From: Octopus sinensis
Lineage: Eukaryota
Direction of reading: 5' to 3'
NCBI RefSeq assembly: GCF_006345805.1
Contig: NC_043003.1
Coordinates: 116,126,001-116,190,000 of the forward strand
Length of the DNA: 64,000 nt
The notes beneath the pieces were generated by a model. That model was given only the letters and a program-made list of their open reading frames with translations, had not been told where the DNA came from and did no database searches. Below are positions 54,532 to 64,000 of this stretch, in pieces; the stretch's first letter is position 1, and each line of letters starts with the position of its first letter. A program made the position numbers and the translations under genes.

Positions 54532-54810
54532 GGAGGCCCAATGGTAGGATCGCGGTTTCGATTCCCAGACCGGCCATTGTGAGTGTTTACTGAACGAAAA
54601 CACCTAAATCTCGATGAGGCTCCGGAAGGGGGTGGTGGCGATCCCTGCTGAACTCTTTCGCCACGACTTTCTCTCACACTTTCTTCTGTTGGCTTGCTCA
54701 CTTGGGCAGCGAGGTGGCGTCATTTGAAGGCTAAAAAAATGCGAAGCGCATTGTGACCAGCGATGTGTAGCAACATCCGATGGCCTGGTTGGTCACGTGA
54801 TCACGTGATG
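54532..54810 (+). mobile_element. tRNA-derived SINE family C with RTE-like 3' tail
   Basis: B-box-like GGTTTCGATTCC; tail TTGTGACCAGCG...CTGGTTGGTCACGTGATCACGTGA resembles the RTE 3' end at about 44015-44085. Confidence 0.65.
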
Positions 54811-54836
54811 TGTATATATATATATATATATATATA

Positions 54837-56051
54837 CGAAGGGGTGTATAAAAAGACTTCTGATGATTTATTTTCCAACATATTCCCCCTCGATGGCTGA
54901 ACACTTTCTTCAGCAGTGCTAAAGCGCCATTATCCCAGCTTAGAAGAACTCATTTTTTTAGACTCCAAGAAACTTCCTACAGCGTCTATGACATCATTGA
55001 CATTGGCAAAAAGGCGACCAGCCAGTACTCTTTTCATTTTTGGAAGTAGATGAAAGTTAGAGGGCGCTTGTCTTGTGAATAAGGCGGATGGAGAACACGT
55101 TTGTATTCACAATCATGAATTGTTGTCATGGCAACCACTGAGCTGTGGGCTGGAGCATTGTCGTGATGAAAAAGTCTCCTCTGTTGAGCATTCCCAGCTC
55201 TTTTGTTTGCTTCTTGGAGGCGTTTCAGTAGCTGTGAATGGTACAGCCCTGTCACGGTGTGACCCTTTTCAAGGTAATCGATCAGCAAGACACCTTGAGA
55301 ATCCGAAAAAATGGACGCCATTACCTTGCCAACTGAAGGAATGACCCTGGCCTTCTTTGGGGTAGGAGAAGATCTTGGTTCCAATGCTTTGATTATTCTT
55401 TGGTTTCAGGCTGGTAGTGATGAACCAAACTTTCGTCCATAGTAATGAAACGAGCAAGAAAATTCTCTTGATCGGCTTCAAACAGTTCCAGTTTGCTCGT
55501 GGACAAAGTGCACCTGGTGCGTTTCTGTTCAGGAGTCAAAAGGCGAGGGACCCTCCTTGCAGAAACCTTTGAGAACCCAAGTTCTTTTGTCACAATGTTG
55601 TCTGTTCTTTCAGTTGAGATGCCCAGTCTCTTGGTTATCTGACGACATAATATTCGGCGATCTTGCATTATCATACCAAGAGCAAGGTCAAGGTAGACCT
55701 TGGTGGTTGCAGTTGGAGTTCTCCCTGATCAGGGATCAATTCCACACTCTCCCTGCCACGCTTGAATTCATTTACCCAGCGTTTGAATGTTGCATATGAT
55801 GGAGCATATCTTCATGTATTTCTGATGGAGTTATGCCTTTCAAATGAAGGTACTTTATGACAGCAGTTTTCTCCATTTTCCTCGTAAACTCAAAGCTTAT
55901 TTATTCAAAATCTGAAATAAAAAAATTTAAATAGAATCATGAAAATGAGCAAGAATACTCCGAAATGACTGTACTTACCAGAAAAAAATTGTTTCAGCTA
56001 TATAGCAGCCCCGTTTCTAAGTAAAGCACAAAACATTTCATACACCCCTCG
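54837..56051 (-). mobile_element. Decayed mariner (DD34D) transposon
   Basis: TA-flanked TIRs CGA(A)GGGGTGTAT; minus-strand fragments SARRVPRLLTPEQK, FITMDESLVHHYQPETK, FHHDNAPAHSS and HPPYSQD; frameshifts and stops. Confidence 0.93.
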
Positions 56052-56159
56052 TATAAGAAGGAATTTCGATTATACCCACGTGGTGAGTTGAAATATATAT
56101 GAGAAATTAGAAAAAAGAAAAATACAAACACTTTACATAGTTTTAATATAATTTTTAAT

Positions 56160-56680
56160 ATACCGACCTGTTTCGCTTTACTAGCTAAAGATCCAAAAAT
56201 GAACGACATTCTGAAAACGCAGAAACTCATCAAATGCAAAAAGCAACACAAATTGCTAAAGAGACTGCCAACAAATGCGAAGATTTAGAAAACAACCACG
56301 AAACCAACGGCTAAAAAGTGTGGACTCCCAAACTGTGGAACCAACTCCAACTCTCTTGAAGGATCGGATTTCCTTTTCCGAGGTTCCCAATTAAAACTAG
56401 TTACACTTATACCTCTGAGAACCTAATTCATGTAATAACCTGCTCGGGTTCTGGACACAACTAAACTGGACAGACGAGTATGAACGTGAGACGGATAACC
56501 ACTCTACATAAAGAGCAAATCCGTTTCCCGCAATACAGGCAAATTCCTCTCACTATATAGAAAAATGTGCAAATAACGTCAAACCAAATTTCAGTCTTCC
56601 CCTTCTACCAGTGCAAAGACACAATTTCTACACAAGAACGTTTAAATAAAAAAACTTTTTTCATTGAAAAATACAGAACA
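56160..56680 (+). mobile_element. Penelope-like element C-terminal relic (Cys-rich linker + GIY-YIG endonuclease)
   Basis: DPKMNDILKTQKLIKCKKQ..LLKRL...KKCGLPNCGT, then YTSENLIHVITCSGSGHN*TGQTS...HKEQIRFPQYRQIP...ERLNKKTFFI. Confidence 0.8.
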
Positions 56681-57062
56681 CGTCTTAATAAGCAGGCATA
56701 ACCAACTTTTATCGTTTTTCATATTTCAATTCACGATTACATCATTGTACATAAATCCCCTCATATATATATACATATACTCCCTCCCCTTAGCGAAAGT
56801 TGAACAATTATCTCCCTTGCCCACAACAATAACAATAATAACGATAACTAAGTACCTCACCTTATTTTACTACTTGTGAATTCTTTCGCTAGTAAATATC
56901 ATCACACACAACATGGTCAAAACTTTCTTCTTAAGAGAAGACATATTCAAATAATTAGAACTTAATTTCATGAATAGCTAAAGCGAAGCCGTTTGATGTA
57001 TTAAAAATCATATTAAAACAATGTAAAGTGTATGTTACTTTTTAATTTCACATATATATATA

Positions 57063-57295
57063 TATCAGGGTAATAAAGATTTATACATCTTTACTACCTG
57101 TAGCCTAGTGTGTAGAAAAATTAGCCAATAGACTATATATTATTCATATTAATAAAGTGTACATTCACACACATAAGAGGTATCCGTCATAAGATTCCTT
57201 GCATGCTAGACGGAACACCTAAAGTCCAAAACTTTATTAGGGGTAAGCTAGGCCACAGATAGTAAAAAATGTCTGAAATCTTTATTACCCTGATA
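57063..57295. mobile_element. MITE with perfect 20-bp inverted termini
   Basis: TATCAGGGTAATAAAGATTT (57063-57082) and AAATCTTTATTACCCTGATA (57276-57295). Confidence 0.8.
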
Positions 57296-57915
57296 TTATT
57301 AATTAATGATAAATTTTTTCTGGAAAATTGTTCGAAGATATGCCGGTATTACTTTGCTAACTACAAAAAACTGCGTTTGCACGTTGGATTTGAAAAATTA
57401 TAATGTATAAGCGTAAGGCACATGCAGGATTTGCCTCGTAGTTATATGGTTAATCTAGGCTACCTGTTGAGGAAGACTTCGCCTAACATATTTTATTTGC
57501 TAAAAAAAAATCAGAAACCATGGTCCCTGAGATAGATGGTATATGTTTTTTTATTTTTCATTCTCTTCGAATTTTTATCGCTAATAGTGGTTTGGACATT
57601 AGCTGTTCCTTCTAGCGTGCAGGAAATCCTATGACGGATACCTCGTTTGTATTTAAATGTACACTGTATATATATATATATATATATATACACGGGTGCT
57701 TAATAGCACCTTTACTGAAGAAATAAGAGTTGAAACACTTGAACCTGCATAAGCGCGTGCGCACAGACACACACGCACACACACATATATATATATATAC
57801 ATACACTGACAGGGGAGATAACCACCCATGCGGAAAGCTCGAATGCTTATATTAAATTTTAGTATCCACGTTGATATTTCTCTAAAGCTACTATTGTGTG
57901 TGTGTGTGAGTGTGT

Positions 57916-57953
<38 letters not shown>

Positions 57954-58083
57954 ACGCTGGTTTAAGGTTTTTAACTGTTATTTCTATCAATAGAGATGCT
58001 ACTCAGTAACGTCAGTCACAGTTAGTGATGTATGAAATTTTCCTTGCTGGTTTTATATTGCGCGCAGCAGAATATATTAATTC

Positions 58084-58159
<76 letters not shown>

Positions 58160-58160
58160 C

Positions 58161-58256
<96 letters not shown>

Positions 58257-59649
58257 ATATATAGTCAACAGGAGATGCTAGATGTAGAAAACTCCATGTG
58301 CTAGCCCCGGTCATTTCAGCTTACACTTCCAAATCATCCACGAGGTGGATGACTGCAGGGTAACGAGTGCTTATGAAAGTAATCCAGGTGAGCAGATAAG
58401 GTGACACTGATGCAAATAAATCAAAAAGAAAACTGCATGGGCCAGATAACCAGATAAATAAAGTATACATGCATGTGTGTGTGTCTGTGCGTGTGTGCGT
58501 GTGTGTGTGTTTCTCTGTGTGTTTGTGAATAGAGAGAAAGCAAAGGCTGAAGTATTCAGGCGATGAACGTTCATCTATAAATGTGTACAAATATATTTAT
58601 CAACAGACAAACTTACTCAGCGAAGAAAGACACCAAAACAGAAGGGGAGAGAATATGGTGTAACGGGTCCGACAGCTATGTCTTCAGGGTGGAGAAATTA
58701 GGTATCTGTTCGCCCTTAAGACGGAGGCCAGATTTGCCTAATATTTATATGTTTGTACTACCGATTACATTTGCTTGATATTTTGAAAATGTCATCTGTA
58801 AACGTTATTACGTATGTTTAAGTCACAGGCTGTCCGCTCCTGTCCTACTCTTTATCTCAGCATTATATCTCATGCTCTTTCTCTTTTGAAACTCCCATAG
58901 TAGTAATTGTCTTGGATGCGACGATGTGAGACAACTTAATGGTATTTATTTGGAAAATTCCAGAAAACCTATGCTCCGAGGAAAAGTCCCTATCGAGAAT
59001 TTGAAAGGCTATACCGGGTATATGTGTTTTAACGTTAAGAAAGAAGACAAGCTTTATTACGCGCCGTTTCCTCTGTCTATTCCCCGCTGAAATCTGTTTA
59101 AACTCATCAGAAGTGTTATCTTGTATCCTCGCTTTTCCCGGTACAATTTTAGTCGTAATTTCGGGTCGACACTATCAGTCCATTTCTTATGCCGGCTCCC
59201 TTAATTCGATTTACTGCAGTATTTGATTTTGTATTCATAGGTAGAGAGCTACTACGACCCTCCAAAAAACGTCCCTCACAAGACCCAGCGTAGCAGCTCT
59301 ACGTTATGCTATGTCACCGTCTGGAGCTGCTCTGCAGCATTTTCCTGTTGCAGCCGCACGATTGCTAGTTTCCTTAATATTACATTAAGGTTGGTATCAA
59401 CAATAGAAAATCAGCTATACCTTCCTTTACAGAGTACCTCGTAATAACATCCTATGTCATACTGAAAAATCTTACATTCACAGAGTATTTTGAAACCCTA
59501 AACATGTTCCTAGCCAGGCCTTCAGTGATGTTAAGATGAACTACTATAAAAGATACAGCGTCACTCATTTCGCTTTTAATATGGATTCCAGGTTCGAAAA
59601 TAGCTCCAATATGACATCTAAACATTTAGCTAGGTTGTTGCATATCTTG

Positions 59650-60480
59650 AATGAGACGAACTGACTAAAATATCTGAACAAGGCTTAGGGACATTTTCTC
59701 ATTTTATACATTTCATATATTTGGAGATATATGAAGAGTGTCGTTCATATAAGAGCGACGTGCATAGAGAGTCACGGCAAATGTTCGCTAAGCTCTGCTT
59801 GGGTGTGTAAAGCAGAAACAGATAGACCAGGACCGTCACCTGGCCGGAGTCCGACGACGACCTAGCTATATAGAACAAATAGTATCTGGATCCTAGGGCG
59901 GAAAAATATCTAAATAAATGGATAATATCTGCTACGACTTCTGTTAGATGTGTAATCTTTCTAACAAAAATTATAGTCTGATTGAGTAGAATCTGTGGAA
60001 ATGTGTGGTAGAAGTTTTCAATATCGGACTTACAAATCAGATGGTATTCTTGTAACAAGTTTTCAAGCAAAAATACTGCCTCAACGGTAATTCCCTATTA
60101 TTCTTGCTGAAATGCCGCATGAATATACGAATGGTTCTGTTTAAACTCTTCTATCTAATAAAGACAAATCTGATTCAGATGATCTAATCAATCTGGGTGT
60201 GTGGGGTGAGGGACAAAGAATTCAAGACGAGGAAATCAGAAAATTAGTGTTCGTCCATGTTCTGTTATCCCCCTTGAAATCATTCACAAAGTCTTAAACC
60301 GGATCTTTGCTCCGAAATGCCGGGTATCAATGTGTGGTTGAGATTCATAATATTATCAAGTTTTAAATTGTATCCACCTTCCACGCCATGAAAAGGGGAC
60401 ATTGCCAAGCGTATTTTTCCAAACTAGTCCTTAGTTTCTCTAAATCAATAGCGAGATATGTTCATAATCTAGACGGGAGT
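59650..60480 (-). mobile_element. Penelope-like reverse transcriptase relic
   Basis: PRLIRSSESDL, then CKSDIENFYHTFPQILLNQTIIFVRKITHLTEVVADIIH...DSGQVTVLVYLFLL, resembling the PLE RT FDI..FYPSI..LL...II.H...GSYDGAE.CELVGL.LL motif. Confidence 0.7.
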
Positions 60481-60666
60481 AATGTTAGCTATAGTTTTTG
60501 AATTGGTCGGTAGTGAATAGTGCCCGGCCCTACCTCGGTAAGAGGAGCGTAGGGAATTCCCTTGAAGTAGGCTTGGATTTTATATTAGTAGATAGCAATA
60601 ATTTAATAAACACGAGAAACGTATGTTTTGGGTCCAGAGCAAGTGTCCGATCTTCTGATACTAGTT

Positions 60667-60898
60667 ATTTGTTTACTACCCACAAGGGGCTAAACATAGA
60701 GTGGACAAACAAGGACAAACAAACGGATTAAGTCGATAACATCGACCCCAGTGCGGAACTGGTTCTTAATTTATCGACCCCGAAAGGATGAAAGGTAAAG
60801 TCGACCTCGGCAGAATTTGAACTCAGAACGTAATGCCAGACGAAATACGGATACGCATTTCGCCCGGCGTGCTAACGTTTCTGCCAGCTCGCCGCCTT
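60667..60898 (-). mobile_element. SINE family B, full length
   Basis: Reverse complement of the 62634-62867 consensus. Confidence 0.9.
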
Positions 60899-62294
60899 AT
60901 AATACTGATACTACAGTATAAGATGTGACCACGATAGGATTGGCTACTGTTTGGCTTTTACCCCAACGTGTTACTGTGGGATTTTGGCACACATAGAATG
61001 GGAGTAATACAGAAGATAACTCGAATGTGTTCTCATTTTCTAATCTATAATAAGCATGCATAACAGTTACATCTATGACAGTTTTTGTCCTTTGTTATGA
61101 ACCTCTAAATCGGTACTACACCATAGAGTTACAGTAGAAATGGAGTAAAATCGCGCTGAACCGTTGACTTGGCTATTCTTTAAGTTCTTATTCACCTCTA
61201 CGACATCAGCTCTAAAACAAAAGGTATTTCTTACGAAGTCTTTCTGTAAATAACTATTTTTTATTCAGATCGATACAGAGCTTGCATTGATTCTCTCAAT
61301 CATCATCACCATAATTATTACCATCGTTCTCCATATGGTTTGAATACAATTGCACAAGCTTCGGGAGCCATGAAAGACGCGCGCACATACATCATCAAAC
61401 AGCCATGACAGCTATCGAAGATAACTGCGTAATTACCAGAAACGGTCGAGAAGTCACTTATCCGTATGTTGGTATCGTACTAAGTTTGCAAATAAGTGGA
61501 CAGTGGAAACGGTGAGCTGTTGGAAAAAGTGCTGGACATTTGATTCACCTCAGTTAACAGATGATAAATAAGGCAGCGGTAAGTGAAAGTTAGTAGAAGG
61601 CGTGAGAGAAAGACAGGGCAGGCGAAATTCGATAATGGCGCGCTAGAGTATGTGAAAGCTTACTAATAGTTTTCCTTGGTTTACTTTGCTGTGATCGATG
61701 GTTTTCTCACAAGAGAATACATGAATAAATTTCATAGTTATGCTTTCAGCTTTCACACATTTGTGGAACATTTGTTCAGAATATATTCAACAGAAATAAC
61801 ATTAGTCTAACAACTCTATTGTTAATTCTCATTTTCTCATACGATTACATATTCAGTCTCTCGGCTACAAAGAATCTAAATCACGTGATTCCCTGTGTAT
61901 ACGTATGTGTACAAGCGTGTATCAGCAGATGTAAAATCGATACTTTTGTTTCCAGAATATTTTTATTATTTCGTAATTTTGAATGCTATTCTAAATAACA
62001 ACATTATGTAGATGTAAGAGATACATTACATATAAAACAAGTTATATAATGACAGTCCAAGATATAAGATTTACAGAAGATACCAAGAAAGAATAGTAAC
62101 GTCCAAAAGAGTCGGGTTCTTTCTGAGTTAAATCTACGTTCGTATTACCTTTGTTACTAATATGACACAGAAATGTGTGCAGTGCCCAGTAGTGCAATTT
62201 TCTGTATGTTATATATATTTGTAAGTCCTGGTGTTTTTGTTATGCATTTGTCTGAATATTTTTTATCATACCTAATGCGCCTACTATGATAGGG

Positions 62295-62397
62295 ATTATT
62301 ATTATTACTATTATTATTCAGGTCACTGCCTGGAATCGAACTCGGAATCTTGGGGTTAGTAGCCCGCGCTCTTAACTACTACGCCATATACCCGTGG
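62295..62397 (-). mobile_element. Short tRNA-like retroposon with (AAT)n tail
   Basis: TGGCGTAGTAGTTAAG (A box), GAGTTCGATTCC (B box), loop CTACTAA; no proper acceptor stem. Confidence 0.7.
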
Positions 62398-62633
62398 GTT
62401 TATTCTCACGCTATTTATTTGCGTTATTTTAAGTACATATTCTTGGGTTGTTAAATATATATGTAATCTTGGAATACCAGAAAAGATCATAATTAATGTT
62501 TCCTTTTTCTTGACATATTACGGAAAAGAGTGGGATTTGAAACTGATAGTTTATGGTAGAATTGTATGTTCTAGAATATAGAATTTTGATGACAGGTCAG
62601 ACAGAGTGCCGGTATCTGCATAATAGTATATAA

Positions 62634-62867
62634 GGCGGCGACCTGGCAGAAACGTTAAGCACGCCAGGCGAAATGCGTAGCCGTATTTCGTCTGCCGTTA
62701 CGTTCTGAGTTCAAATTCCGTCGAGGTCGACTTTGCCTTTCATCCTTTCGGGGTCGACAAATTAAGTACCAGTTACGCACTGGTGTCGATGTAATCGACT
62801 TAATCCGTTCGTCTGCCCTTGTTTGTCTTCTCTGTGTTTAGCCCCTTGTGGGCAATAAAGAAATAGG
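62634..62867 (+). mobile_element. SINE family B, full length with ~21-bp degenerate TSD
   Basis: GGTATCTGCATAATAGTATAT on the left and GGTGTCTGTATAATAGCATAT on the right. Confidence 0.9.
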
Positions 62868-64000
62868 TGTCTGTATAATAGCATATTAAAATTCAGTAAC
62901 AACTGCAGCGTAGAAATTTAACCGGTATGATAAAGTCAGTTTACATATACGTTTAGCTGACAAACACAGCTAACGTGTGATAGTAAATTGTAATTACACT
63001 CGAGTCAGTTGTCACTATGCATCATGCCATTGTGCATGTACCAGCTATGCTTAAACAAGTGTCAGCCGTTTACCAGTGGACATGGGATTAAAGTTTATTA
63101 TGATGGTTCACAATGAGAACAGAAGGATGATAGCTCGTTTTTCTGTTTGAGGGACAGCGTAAGCTAGTAGGGGATGTGCGGGAATAGAGATGGCAGCGAC
63201 GGTCACCAGGTCAAAGATAATCCATGTTAAATTCATGAAGTCGTTTTAGAATCCCAGGGATTCGAGATGAATTGGAACGAGGTTTACATCTGGCGTAGTA
63301 CAAGGTTTGTATGAATCCACCTAATAATGCCGGAGCCAGTCCTGATTTCATTAGACTTGAAGCTCCAAAATACTAGCAGGTACAATATGTGTACAAATGG
63401 TCCGAATACCATGAATCCACTTAATAATACATGAGCAGAAAGTCACCGGAGCAGAAGGTCTAATTAAGACATGATTAACGATCTAATTAAAGCTTTCTAG
63501 ATTGTCTTCCAATACCTGGGATGTTTCTTAATTTCTTCTTTCCATGTCAACTGGGTCTAAAACATGCTTCTATGTTTCATTCATCACATAGGTTGAAACA
63601 GTGTTTCTGTATGTTTCCTCTCAATTAGTGTATAGCAATTAGTAGAAAATGCTTCTTAAATTAGAAATCCATACCTAAAATGGTTCTTAAGTGATATGAA
63701 TAGATTCAGTTGAGTTTAGTGAACAATTTCTGCGAAGAAATTGTCGCTGGAGAAGAAAGTTTAAATAATTCCTAATTAAGTGTCTAATTAAAACTTCCTA
63801 ATTTGTTTTTCCATACCCGGTTTGTTTTTCTTAAGTTTTCATGTAAGTATCACTTGTGTCTGAGGATTAATATTCAATGTGATTCATTGGAGCTTAAAGT
63901 CGAACTAAATTAGTTATTTACGCAAGTTGATTATCTCATAATTAATTAATCCATACCTAAGCATAGTCAAGAATCACGTTTCATGGTATTAGGACCATTT

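Overview
AT-rich, gene-poor eukaryotic DNA packed with microsatellites and transposon relics. The SINE and repeat repertoire suggests an octopus genome (inference, not database-checked). No intact host gene is recognisable; most ORFs in the track are translations of microsatellites or SINEs. Recognisable elements: about a dozen copies of one tRNA-derived SINE family and several of a second; R4/Dong-like, Tx1/L1, CR1-like and RTE LINE fragments; a decayed mariner; three MITEs; and two Penelope-like (PLE) relics (RT and GIY-YIG). The main result is a set of hammerhead ribozyme (HHR) elements found by folding the sequence by eye. (1) A ~597-bp tandem array (1-2283, at least 3.8 units, cut by the window edge) in which each unit carries a type I HHR with a canonical core (CUGAAGA...GAAA, GUC cleavage), a 76-nt extended stem II and a highly self-complementary monomer, i.e. 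a retrozyme/circRNA-like architecture. (2) A 362-bp unit bounded by 82-bp direct repeats holding a compact HHR with a compensatory U3-A8 core (32944-32985, minus strand). (3) Further long-stem-II and minimal HHR motifs, each with a single lesion, mostly beside (TA)n tracts. Folding and activity are predictions and were not computed or tested.
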